A stretch of DNA of 36,732 bases. It comes from an uncultured bacterium. GTDB lineage: Bacteria > Actinomycetota > Actinomycetes > Mycobacteriales > SCTD01. The DNA is taken from contig CAXTFU010000007.1 of the NCBI GenBank assembly GCA_964243385.1, forward strand, positions 1 through 36,732, in the 5' to 3' direction. The notes beneath the pieces were generated by a model. The model did no database searches. It saw only the letters and a list, made by a program, of their open reading frames with translations, and was not told where the DNA came from. Shown piece by piece: positions 1-8,839 of this stretch. Both the position numbers and the translations under genes were made by a program. The number at the start of each line of letters is the position of its first letter. Position 1 is the first letter of the stretch.

Positions 1-1182
1 GAGCAGAGCGCAGCCGAGGGCGGTGGTCGTCGCCAGGACCGGCGTCCATTGCTGGACAAGGGAGACGACGACGACGGCGGCGACCCCGAGCGACGCGCCG
101 ACGAGGCCGCCGAGCAGGCCGATGACGACGGACTCGACGATGAACTGGCTAGCGATCTGTTTCCGAGTAGCCCCCATGGCCCGCCGCAGACCGATCTCCG
201 CGACCCGTTCCATCACCGACAGCAGGGTGACGTTAGCGATGCCGAGCCCGCCGACCAGCAGCGCGACGGCGCCGAGCGCGAGAAACGTCGCGTTCAGGTC
301 CGCCTGGACGGCGCCGCGGGCGGCGGTCTGATCGGTGGGCGACTCCACTGCGAAGAGCTCGGGGGCGTTCGGGTCCAGCGCCGTCGGGGCCTGCCTGGCG
401 ACCAGCGGGCCGGCTCCGACGTCGATCCGGGCGTGCAGCTCGGTGTCCGCGTTCAGCCGGTGGTCGGCGCGCGCGGTCCCGGTCGGCATGAGGACCGCGT
501 CGACGAGATCGACCCGCCGCTGCGGGTCGTCGACGACGCCGAGCACGGCGTACGGGTCGGCGCCGACGAAGATGGACGGCTGCCGGTCGACCCGGCTGAC
601 CCCCAGGCGCCGCGCGGCGTCAGCGCCCAGGACGACAACCCGGTCGCCGCGGGCGTCGTGGCCCCGGTCGAAGGTGCGGCCGGTCACCAGCCGGGCGCGG
701 ACCGCATCGAGCAGCCCGGGCGAACCGGCCAGCACCGGGGTCGGGACCAGGTCCGGGGCGGACGGGTCATTGACAGCGACCGCGGTCACCGCGGCGCCCC
801 CGGTGTCCACGCTGCTGACGGTGCCTGCCGCCTCCACGCCCGCAAGACGCTGGACCCGGTCCTGGGCGTCCGCGGGCAGCCGGCTGCTCGCGGGCCCGTC
901 GTCGCCGGCCGCGCCCGGCCGGGTCGTCACGACGACCTGGGTCGCCGCCTCCGCGTCGAACGACCTGCCCACCTGACCGGCCGAGGTCTGCGCCAGCCCG
1001 ATCGTGACGACGAGCGAGGCTATGCCGAGCACCGTGCCGAGGACGGTCAGCAGCAATCGGCCGGGGCGCGCTCCTACGCTGTGCGCGCTCTCTGCCAGCA
1101 GGTCGCGCAGGTCGAAGCCGTCGGACCGGCGGCCGGGACCCCGCCGCCGGCGCTGTGACGCCGTCGCGCCCGCGCGCCTCAC
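1..1182 (-). CDS. ABC transporter permease, FtsX/MacB-like (partial; the C-terminus runs off the window)
   Basis: This gene is absent from the ORF track because it is open at the window edge. My minus-strand translation from the GTG at 1180-1182 gives ...RPGRLLLTVLGTVLGIASLVVTIGL... (N-terminal TM helix). A long extracytoplasmic segment follows, then ...FLALGAVALLVGGLGIANVTLLSVMERVAEIGLRRAMGATRKQIASQFIVESVVIGLLGG..., which is the FtsX-type permease core. The start overlaps the ATPase stop (GTGA). Confidence 0.85.
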   Translation of the reverse strand, partial: MRRAGATASQRRRRGPGRRSDGFDLRDLLAESAHSVGARPGRLLLTVLGTVLGIASLVVTIGLAQTSAGQVGRSFDAEAATQVVVTTRPGAAGDDGPASSRLPADAQDRVQRLAGVEAAGTVSSVDTGGAAVTAVAVNDPSAPDLVPTPVLAGSPGLLDAVRARLVTGRTFDRGHDARGDRVVVLGADAARRLGVSRVDRQPSIFVGADPYAVLGVVDDPQRRVDLVDAVLMPTGTARADHRLNADTELHARIDVGAGPLVARQAPTALDPNAPELFAVESPTDQTAARGAVQADLNATFLALGAVALLVGGLGIANVTLLSVMERVAEIGLRRAMGATRKQIASQFIVESVVIGLLGGLVGASLGVAAVVVVSLVQQWTPVLATTTALGCALL

Positions 1183-1991
1183 GCCGGCTCCAGCAGGCCG
1201 TCGCTGATCCGGACCAGGCGCTGGGCGCGGGCCGAGACGGCGGGATCGTGCGTGATGACGATCAGCGTCATGCCGTCGGCGTGCAACTCGTCGAACAGGT
1301 CCATGACGCCCGCCGAGTTGGCGGTGTCGAGATTGCCGGTCGGCTCGTCGGCCAGCAGCAGGCTCGGCCCGGCCGCCACGGCACGTGCGATGGCGACGCG
1401 CTGACGCTCCCCGCCCGACAGCGTGCTCGGCAGCGCAGTCATGCGGTGCCCGAGACGGACCCGGTCGAGCGCCGCCCTGGCCCGGCGGTCCCGCTCGGCG
1501 CGCGGGACCGCGCTGTAGAGCATGGCGAGGAGGACGTTGTCGAGAACCGTTCGGTTCGGCAGCAGATGGAACTGCTGGAACACGAAACCGATCTGACGGC
1601 CGCGCAGCACCGCCCTGCGGTCCTCGGGGATGCCTGCCGTCGGGATCCCGTCGAGCAGGAAGTCGCCGTCGGTCGGGCGGTCGAGCAGCCCGAGCACGTG
1701 AAGCAGCGTCGACTTGCCGGAGCCGGACGGGCCGGTGACCGAGACGTACTCGCCGGCCTGGACCACCAAGTCGACCCCGCGCAGCGCCTGTACCGGCGGC
1801 GTGCCCGGGTACGCGCGGGCCAGCGCCCGAAGGTGCACGACGGCGGGGACGGTGGCGGGGACGGCGCACGAAGGGCCGGCGGCGGCGCCGTCCGCCGAGC
1901 CCGCCTCCGGTGCGGCCAGCAAGTCCTCGAGCGGGGCCGTCCCGCTGTCCTGCCGCGGAGCGGCGCCCGGTGACCGGCCCAGCCGTCTCAC
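1179..1991 (-). CDS. ABC transporter ATP-binding protein (MacB/LolD-like)
   Basis: Walker A is GPSGSGKST. The ABC signature is LSGGERQRVAIARA. Walker B is LLLADEPTGNLD and the H-loop is VITHD. The GTG start overlaps the upstream stop (GTGA at 1988-1991). Confidence 0.95.
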   Translation of the reverse strand: MRRLGRSPGAAPRQDSGTAPLEDLLAAPEAGSADGAAAGPSCAVPATVPAVVHLRALARAYPGTPPVQALRGVDLVVQAGEYVSVTGPSGSGKSTLLHVLGLLDRPTDGDFLLDGIPTAGIPEDRRAVLRGRQIGFVFQQFHLLPNRTVLDNVLLAMLYSAVPRAERDRRARAALDRVRLGHRMTALPSTLSGGERQRVAIARAVAAGPSLLLADEPTGNLDTANSAGVMDLFDELHADGMTLIVITHDPAVSARAQRLVRISDGLLEPA

Positions 1992-3541
1992 TGGCCGACG
2001 ACGACAAGGTCGCCGGCACGGACGCCCCTGCCGGTGATCTCGGCGAAGCCTCCGGCGGACAGGCCGGTCGTGACGGTGACGAGTTCCGTCGCGCCGCCGC
2101 CGGTCGCCCGCTCGATGCGGGCCTCGCCGCCCGGGCCGGCGGTCAGGGCGGCCAGCGGCACGGCCAGCACCTCGCCGTCAGTGGCGGCAACGGGCACGGA
2201 CAGGCGGACGTTGCTGCCCTGCAGGGCAGCGGCCTGCGCGGCCGTCAGTGGCTGCGGCAGCAGGACCACCTCCGACCGAGCCGGGCTGGACGGAGCCGGC
2301 GCGGCCGGCTCCCCCGGCTCATCGGGACGGGCGGCGGCTGGGACGTCCGCGCCCTCCGGCGCCAGGGCGGCGGCGCGCACCGCCTGGACCGTCGCGCGCA
2401 ACGGCGCGCCGCCCGGCACGGTGAAGGTCGCCTCCGTCCCCGGCCTGAGCAGCGCGGCCTGCTCGGCATCGGCGGCGGCGACGATCTGCAGCGTCGCACC
2501 GGACACCTGCATAACCGGTCCGTCGACGGTGCTGCCGCGCCGGACATCGACCGCGCTCACGCGCCGCGGGACAGACGACAGGTAGGCGACCTCGCCGGCG
2601 GGCAGCGCTGTCACGACGCCCTCGGCGGCCACCCGTCTCGCGAGCACCGCCGCCTGCAGCTCCTTCTCGGCGGCCTGCAGCGCGATGCGCTCCTGCGGAG
2701 CCGGGGGCGCAAAGGACAGCGCCTGCCGCTCCGCGACTGCCAGAGCAAGCGCGTCCGCGGCGGCGGCGGCCGCGTCAGTGTTGCCCGCCGCCAGCGCGGC
2801 GTGCCGCATCCGCTGCTGCTCGCGGACGGCGTTGTCGGCTGCCAGCCGCCCGGCCCGGGTCGGCCCTGCGGTCGCCGCGGCCAGCGCCGCCCGGGCCGTG
2901 TCGACGCCGACGCGGGCGGCGCGCACCGACCGGTCGGCTTCCTCGGCTGCCAGCCGGTCCGCCTCGGCCGGCGCCGGCGGCTGGTAGCCGGCGCGGCGAT
3001 AGAGCTCGACGACGCCCGCGGCGGTCGCGGCGTCGTACGTCCCGTTGCTGCCCGTACGGATCCGCAGCGCTCGCAGCGCGTCCTGCAGCTGGCGGACGTC
3101 GGGCCCGACGGCACCGACGCGCAGCGTCCGATAGACCGGCAGCTGGCCCGGCAGCACGATCAGGGGCCGACCGGTGACCTCGAGCGCGACCGAACCCGCC
3201 CGCAGCAAGGCGCCGACCGCGGGGACGGCGCCAGTGACCACGGCCGGACCGCCCGACGCCTCACCGCCCGCCGCCGCCACGGTGAGCGCCTGCGGGTCGT
3301 CGTAGCGCACGTCGCCGCGCAGCACGATGTCGTTCGAGATCCGACGGAGCTCGATCGGGACGGTGATGAAGCCGGCGGCCGGGGCGGCGGCGTCCGCGGC
3401 GGCCTGCGCCGGGCTGACCACAAGACGGCCGAGCAGCAGCCCGACCGTCAGCGCCAGCACGGCCACCGCAGCCATCCCGGCGATCGTGCGGTTGCCCGAG
3501 CTCCGCCGCCACCAGGAGGGTCCGGGCTGCTGCCCGCTCAC
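1988..3541 (-). CDS. Membrane-anchored periplasmic adaptor-like protein (HlyD-like) with a peptidoglycan-binding domain
   Basis: Only the 3' third of the 1311-aa track ORF 1988..5923 looks real. It has an N-terminal TM helix (MAAVAVLALTVGLLLG). It has a PG_binding_1-like segment (GPDVRQLQDALRALRIRTGSNGTYDAATAAGVVELYRRAGY). An Ala-rich coiled-coil stretch and a beta-rich C-terminus follow. The proposed GTG start overlaps the lipoprotein stop (GTGA). The start is uncertain, and the ATG at MAAVAV is an alternative. Confidence 0.72.
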   Translation of the reverse strand: MSGQQPGPSWWRRSSGNRTIAGMAAVAVLALTVGLLLGRLVVSPAQAAADAAAPAAGFITVPIELRRISNDIVLRGDVRYDDPQALTVAAAGGEASGGPAVVTGAVPAVGALLRAGSVALEVTGRPLIVLPGQLPVYRTLRVGAVGPDVRQLQDALRALRIRTGSNGTYDAATAAGVVELYRRAGYQPPAPAEADRLAAEEADRSVRAARVGVDTARAALAAATAGPTRAGRLAADNAVREQQRMRHAALAAGNTDAAAAAADALALAVAERQALSFAPPAPQERIALQAAEKELQAAVLARRVAAEGVVTALPAGEVAYLSSVPRRVSAVDVRRGSTVDGPVMQVSGATLQIVAAADAEQAALLRPGTEATFTVPGGAPLRATVQAVRAAALAPEGADVPAAARPDEPGEPAAPAPSSPARSEVVLLPQPLTAAQAAALQGSNVRLSVPVAATDGEVLAVPLAALTAGPGGEARIERATGGGATELVTVTTGLSAGGFAEITGRGVRAGDLVVVGQ

Positions 3542-4506
3542 CGGCTCCCGCCCCGGGCGGCGAGCATCGCGTCGAGCTCGGTGCGGTGGTCGTCGACGAA
3601 CTCCTGCTCGGCGGCGAAGCGCAGCCGCTGCGCTGCCGCCAGGTAGTCGACGTCGCGCTGGCACTCGGCGTCCGCGACGGCCGTCGCGATCTCGACCTTG
3701 GTCAGCTCCGCGTACGCCGTTTCGTCCGGGACGTCCTGGCCCTCCGGGAGGGCGGCGAACAGCGCGGCGTCCTGAGCGGAGATGTCGGCGCGCGCGTCCT
3801 CGAGGGTGCTGTACCCGGCGAAGCCCTTGTCGGCCATGCAGTCCGCCCACCTCGCAGCCAGCGCCAGCCGTCCAGAGTCCTTCGCCTGCGCGTCGTAGAA
3901 GCGCGCGACGTCCTCGCCGAGCGAGGCGAACGCCGCCGTCGCGAGCGGGTCGCCGCCGTCGACCTCCTCGGTGGCCTTGCCGCGGCAGCCGCCCGTCTCG
4001 GCGTTGATCAGCGCGTTCGAGTCCGCTTCGGTCGGCTTGGAGCCGTTGAGAGTCTCGTTGTAGGCCGTGCGCTGGCCATCCGACATCGCTGCGACGGAGG
4101 CTTCGTTCGGGTCGACGTACTGCTCGGCGGGGCCGGCGTCGTACGTGGTGATGAGGTAGCCGTTCTTCGCGGCCCTCCGCAGCTGCGCCTCGTCCGTGAC
4201 GGCGGCGTCGAGCGCGTCGACCTGCGCGCTGTTGTCGATGGCGGCGGGGTCGGTGACCTTGTAATCGAAGCCGGCCGCCTTCATGCAGGCTGCCGTCACT
4301 GCCTCGTAGCGGCGGGTCCGGTCGTCGCGCTGCTGCTCGTTGCTCTTGGCGGTCCCGGTGAAGTACCGCTGCAGCGGGCCGACGGCGGCCGGGTCGTAGG
4401 TCCCGTCGGCCGTCGCCGCTGCCGGCCCGCCGGAGCCGCTCGCGGACGAGCAGCCGGCCAGCAGGAGGGCGGCGCCGCTGGCCAGGGCGGCGGTGCGGAG
4501 TCTCAT
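3538..4506 (-). CDS. Secreted lipoprotein of unknown function
   Basis: The signal peptide carries a lipobox (MRLRTAALASGAALLLAGCSS). Composition is balanced and acidic, and third-position GC is high. It is the first gene of the minus-strand ABC operon. Confidence 0.75.
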   Translation of the reverse strand: MRLRTAALASGAALLLAGCSSASGSGGPAAATADGTYDPAAVGPLQRYFTGTAKSNEQQRDDRTRRYEAVTAACMKAAGFDYKVTDPAAIDNSAQVDALDAAVTDEAQLRRAAKNGYLITTYDAGPAEQYVDPNEASVAAMSDGQRTAYNETLNGSKPTEADSNALINAETGGCRGKATEEVDGGDPLATAAFASLGEDVARFYDAQAKDSGRLALAARWADCMADKGFAGYSTLEDARADISAQDAALFAALPEGQDVPDETAYAELTKVEIATAVADAECQRDVDYLAAAQRLRFAAEQEFVDDHRTELDAMLAARGGSR

Positions 4507-5122
4507 GGGATACGTCCTTCGCTCGTCGGGGGGGGCCTGTCAAGCGTGGCGACGGCGGGGTCCGGGCGCATCGGCCGTGGGGACGAGGGCTGCCCTCCTC
4601 CGAAAGGTGGGCCTCGCTGCGGACGCGCCGACCGGCGCGGTCCGGCGGTGCCGCTACGGCACGGAGCTGAGCACCGGTCACGCTCGTTGCTCCTGGCCGG
4701 GCGGCGCGGGTGACAGTCCCGGCGCGGCGGCGCGGCACGGGCCTTGGCGCCGTCGCCAGGCAGCGGCGGCTCACGGACCAGCAGCGCCGCCGGCCCGGCC
4801 AGCCAAGCGCGGCGCCGGCCATGCCCGGCGCCCGCCCGCCAGCCACCGAGCGGCAGGACGTGCGTCGCCCGCGGCGCGTTCTTCCGACGCCCCTCGGCCG
4901 CACCCCCGGCCCCTCGCCCGACCGCCGGCGCCTCGCGCCGCGCTCGGACCCCTGCGGGTCCGCACCTACGCCTTGCGACCGCCAGGACGTTGCTGGAGGG
5001 CCGGGATCAGGCAGCCGGCCGCCCGCGGGCGGCCCGTCGGCGAGGCGCCCGGAGCCGCCCAGGACGGGCGCCTCCACCGAAGGGAGGACGACGGGTCCGC
5101 GGCCCGCGATTACCGTGGCCGG

Positions 5123-6418
5123 GTGGCGCAGCGGTGGGACCGGCGGTGGACCGACTCGGTCCTGGCCGCGGTGTTCGCCGCCGGCTGGTTCGGGACCATG
5201 CAGTGGGCGCTGGCGCAGGGCTGGAACCCGCGGGCCCCCGGGCTGTACGTCCTCGCCGGCGGCTGGACGGCCGTCCTGCTGCTGCTCGGCGGCCGGTGCG
5301 CGCGGACGGCGTTCGCGGTCACCCTCGTCGGCTACCCCGTCGCGTGGGAACTGCTCGGGCCCTCGTTCGGCCTGTACGAACAGCTCCTGCTGCTGCCGTT
5401 GCTCGTCGTCGCCTACCGGGTCACGTCCGGTGGCCGGCTGCCGGCCAGCTGGGCGCTGCCGCCCGTCCTGCTGGTCACCGCGTGTCTGCCGCTGCGTGTG
5501 CTCCACCTGGCGAGCGCGCCGATCCCGACCGCGCCGTACTACGTCCCGGAGCCGGTGCGGCTGGCCGACCTGGACTTCTCGCAGCTGATGTTCCAGGCGG
5601 CGGTGATGACGGCGCTGGTGCTCCTCGGCCGGGCCGAGCACCGCCGCCGCCTGACGCTCGCGCTGCTCGAGACACGAAACGCCGAGCTCGAGCGGCTGCG
5701 CCTGATCGAGGCCGGCCAGGTCGTCGCCGCGGAGCGGACCCGCATCGCACGCGAGCTGCACGACGTCGTGGCCCACCATGTCACCGCCATCGTGCTGCGC
5801 TCCCAGGCCGCCGACCGGATCGCCGAGGCGCGCCCGGCCGAGCCGCGGGAGGCCGTGCGCTGGATCGCCGCCGCCGGCCAGGAAGCGCTGAGCAGCATGC
5901 GCCGCGTCGTCGAGGTGCTGCACGCCCCGGCCGAGGGGACGGCCGCCCCGCGCGCCCCGCGCGCCCCGGACGCCCGGCTGTCCGAGCTGCCCGACATGGC
6001 CGCTCGGGTCAGCAGCGCAGGGGTCCCGGTGAGCCTGACGGTCGGCGCGCTGCCCGATCTACCGGCGCACGTCGAGCTGGCCGCGCTCCGCATCGTGCAG
6101 GAGTCGCTGACCAACGTGCTGCTCCACGCCGGCGCCGGCAGAGCGGCCGTCGACATACGTTGCGCGGACGGCGACCTGCTGGTGACCATCGACGACGACG
6201 GGCGCCCCGTCGCCACGAGGCCGGACGGCGCCGGGCGCACCGGCCACGGGCTGCCCGGCATGAGGGCCCGGGCGCTGCTCTGCGGCGGGACTCTGCGGAC
6301 CGGGACCGGTCCTCTGGGCGGCTGGCGCACCCGCGCCCTCCTGCCGCTCGACGGACGGGCGCACGAGACCTCGGGCGGGACCGCCGCCTTGTGCGGGACC
6401 GGACCCGGCGACCGGTGA
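5123..6418 (+). CDS. Sensor histidine kinase (HisKA_3 / NarX-DesK type)
   Basis: Several N-terminal TM helices are present. The H-box is ERTRIARELHDVVAHHVTAIV. The HATPase_c G-box is GHGLPGMRARALLCGGTLRTG. The start is uncertain: I chose the in-frame GTG at 5123, and ATG 5198 is an alternative. The track ORF beginning at 4493 is over-extended. Confidence 0.85.
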   Translation: MAQRWDRRWTDSVLAAVFAAGWFGTMQWALAQGWNPRAPGLYVLAGGWTAVLLLLGGRCARTAFAVTLVGYPVAWELLGPSFGLYEQLLLLPLLVVAYRVTSGGRLPASWALPPVLLVTACLPLRVLHLASAPIPTAPYYVPEPVRLADLDFSQLMFQAAVMTALVLLGRAEHRRRLTLALLETRNAELERLRLIEAGQVVAAERTRIARELHDVVAHHVTAIVLRSQAADRIAEARPAEPREAVRWIAAAGQEALSSMRRVVEVLHAPAEGTAAPRAPRAPDARLSELPDMAARVSSAGVPVSLTVGALPDLPAHVELAALRIVQESLTNVLLHAGAGRAAVDIRCADGDLLVTIDDDGRPVATRPDGAGRTGHGLPGMRARALLCGGTLRTGTGPLGGWRTRALLPLDGRAHETSGGTAALCGTGPGDR

Positions 6419-7134
6419 GCGTCCCGGTACGTGTGCTCGTGGTCGACGACCAGGCCGTGATCCGTGCCGGCCTGCGGATGATTCTGGACCACGAGCCCGA
6501 CCTGCTCGTGGCCGGGGAGGCAGCCGACGGGCAGCAGGCCGTCACGGCGGCGCGCCGGCTGCGCCCTGACGTCGTTCTCATGGACGTGCGGATGCCCGGC
6601 ATGGACGGGCTCGCGGCCACGCGGGCGCTCACTGCCGGTCCGGGAACCGACCGGCCCGCGGTGCTCGTCCTCACGACGTTCCGGGACGAGGAGTACGTGC
6701 TCGGAGCCGTCCGGGCCGGCGCCAGCGGCTTCCTGCTCAAGGACGCCGGGGCCGACGTGCTCGTCGACGCCGTCCGCACAGTCCACCGCGGCGACTCGCT
6801 CGTCGATCCCGTCGTCACCCGCACGCTCATCGCCCGCTGCCTGGAGCTGGAGGGCGCGCCCCCCGCGCCGGCCGGCCCGGCGCCGCCCGCCAGGTGGCGG
6901 ACCTCGCTCTCGGTCCTGTCCGACCGTGAGCGCGAGACCCTCGTGGCCCTCGCCGGCGGGCTGTCCAACCGCGACCTCGCCCGGCAGCTCTACATCAACG
7001 AGACGACCGTCAAGAGCCACATCAGCAGCATGCTCGGCAAGCTCGGCCTGACCAGCCGGGTGCAGGCGGTGGTCATGGCGTACGAGAGCGGCCTGGTCAT
7101 CCCGGGCCAGCCCTCCGCCCCGCCCCGCCCGTGA
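6415..7134 (+). CDS. Response regulator, NarL/LuxR family
   Basis: The REC domain reads VLVVDDQAVIRAGLRMIL...VVLMDVRMPGMDG. The LuxR-type HTH reads LSDRERETLVALAGGLSNRDLARQLYINETTVKSHISSMLGKLG. The GTG start overlaps the kinase stop (GTGA at 6415-6418). Confidence 0.95.
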   Translation: MSVPVRVLVVDDQAVIRAGLRMILDHEPDLLVAGEAADGQQAVTAARRLRPDVVLMDVRMPGMDGLAATRALTAGPGTDRPAVLVLTTFRDEEYVLGAVRAGASGFLLKDAGADVLVDAVRTVHRGDSLVDPVVTRTLIARCLELEGAPPAPAGPAPPARWRTSLSVLSDRERETLVALAGGLSNRDLARQLYINETTVKSHISSMLGKLGLTSRVQAVVMAYESGLVIPGQPSAPPRP

Positions 7135-8839
7135 CAGGTCCGGTCGGCGACGTCGCCGCACTGGGCTGGCCGCCATGCTCGCAGCGCGCCCGCGAGTCCA
7201 GCCGCCGCAGCTGCGCACCGGTCCTCAGCAAGCCGCCGTTTCGGCCGGTCCGTGTCCGTGTGCCTGGTTCGCCCGCCGGTGAGGCGGACGAGGTGCCGCC
7301 GTCCGGTGGAGCCCGTGCGCCCCCCGGGTGCGCCGTTGCCAGGCAGCTGAAGGGCCGTCCCCGTCCCCGTCTCGGTCCGCCCGCCGTCATGGTCGCAGCA
7401 CTCACCGCGAGGCGGGTGGCCGCGCTGCCGTCGTCGCGCCACTCCATCCGCGCGCCGCTCCCGCGCAGTCATCTTCGCCGGCGCAGGCGTGCGCGACGAC
7501 CGCGCCAGGACCGCTGCCCGATCGCGTCAATCGCGGTCGATGCGACACTGCCGACGGGCGGCGCACGCCCCACCACGCTGGCCGCTGTGACGGCGGCGCG
7601 CCTCCGTCCCGTGGCCGGGGGAGGCCCGGCCAGACCGTCCGCGCGACGGGTCACCGGGCAGACGCCCACCACGCGGCCGGGACGTCGACCTCCACCGCGG
7701 CCCCGTGGGGACGAACCCTCAAGTCCCGCCTCGCCGGGCCGACCCGACCCCCGGCGCGTCATCGGCGCGACGCCGGTCCCAGCGTCGGACCGCGGCCAAT
7801 CGTTGCCGCGACCCGGAAGGCCGCACGACGCGGACCGTCCTAAGGTCCCCTGCAGCGCTCGCCGCGAGCCCCCGCACGACCCCGGCCGCTCCTGACGCCC
7901 GCCGGCCCGGCCCCGTCCATTCCGTCCATTATCAGCAGGAGCCGCCCGCGTTCCGGCGCCCGCCTTTAGCCCTCGGCCCGTCGGCCACGCCGCCGGCCAC
8001 GGTCGGCGACAGCACCCCCACGGCCGCGTGTGCGGTCCAGGACGGCGACGCGCGAACCGATCGCTGTCCCACCCGGACAGCGCGCCTTCCCTCATCCACG
8101 CCGACGCACGCCGACGCGTTCGGTGCGGCCCCGGCCTCAAGGCCGCTGGCCGATCCCCGCTGGGCTCGCGTCCGCATCGTCGTCGCCCCGTCCGCGCTCG
8201 GCCCGCCGTGCCCGTGCCCTATGCGCGACGGGCTCGCCGCCGACCCGCGGCCGAGCCGCGGCGCGCCGCCGCCGCCAGGGCCGTCCGCTGCACGCCTCCG
8301 CCGAGGAACAACCGCCGAACAGGAACTCCGGCTCGACACCCGCCGTCCCGGACACCGCACGCGCGCCCGTCCGCACCCCTCCTGGCGCCTGCGGACGCTC
8401 GGCGCTCAACCCCGCACGCATCGGACAGCGGGCCCGCGACCCGTCGCCTTTCGCCGAGCACCTGGTCCACCTGGCGCGACGGCGCCTTCGCCGGCAGGGC
8501 CGTGACAGGCAGCACGCGTCCGCGTTGGTCAGGGCCCGGGCCCGGCGTAACCGGCAGGCGACGCCCCCCCGCATCGCCGAAGCCCTGCACACGCGATGGC
8601 CGGACTCCGCCGCCCATGCAGGCCGCGCCCGGACGGCGCAGTCCGCGTGCGAGGAGCCGGCTGGCGCTGGCCGAGGGCGCCACCGGCCGCACCGACGCGC
8701 CGCGCCCGGCTGGCCGACGATCGTCCCGGAGCGCGGTCCGGCTGGGCATGCCGTCCTGGTGCGAGTCCCGCCGGCCGCCGTACCTGAGCAGGTCGTCGAG
8801 CAGGGCGTGTTCACGGCGGAGCAGGGCAGTCGTCGCCGC

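Noticed and set aside
4005-4035. A GTTCGAGTCC-like string resembling a tRNA T-loop.
   Set aside because: The flanking bases do not form a T-stem or an acceptor stem, and it lies inside the lipoprotein CDS. It is not a tRNA. I found no tRNA-like cloverleaf elsewhere, though I could not scan exhaustively by eye.
1988-5923. A 1311-aa minus-strand ORF, the longest in the track.
   Set aside because: Only its last ~517 codons (1988-3541) look like a real protein. The upstream part is Arg/Pro/Gly-rich. It runs antisense or out of frame through the lipoprotein gene, the intergenic gap and the kinase gene. This is a chance open frame in GC-rich DNA.
7145-7158. The 14-bp perfect palindrome CGGCGACGTCGCCG just after the response-regulator stop, considered as a terminator.
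   Set aside because: It has no loop and no U-tract, so it cannot form a convincing intrinsic terminator. It could be chance in GC-rich DNA.
5539-7218. A 559-aa minus-strand ORF, plus nested ORFs at 6009-6968 and 6059-6364.
   Set aside because: They lie antisense to the well-supported histidine kinase and response regulator genes. Composition is Arg/Ala/Ser/Pro-rich and there are no motifs.
7913-7930. A CCGTCCATT x2 tandem duplication.
   Set aside because: It is a single duplication with no further copies. I note it inside the gene-less tract but cannot interpret it on its own.
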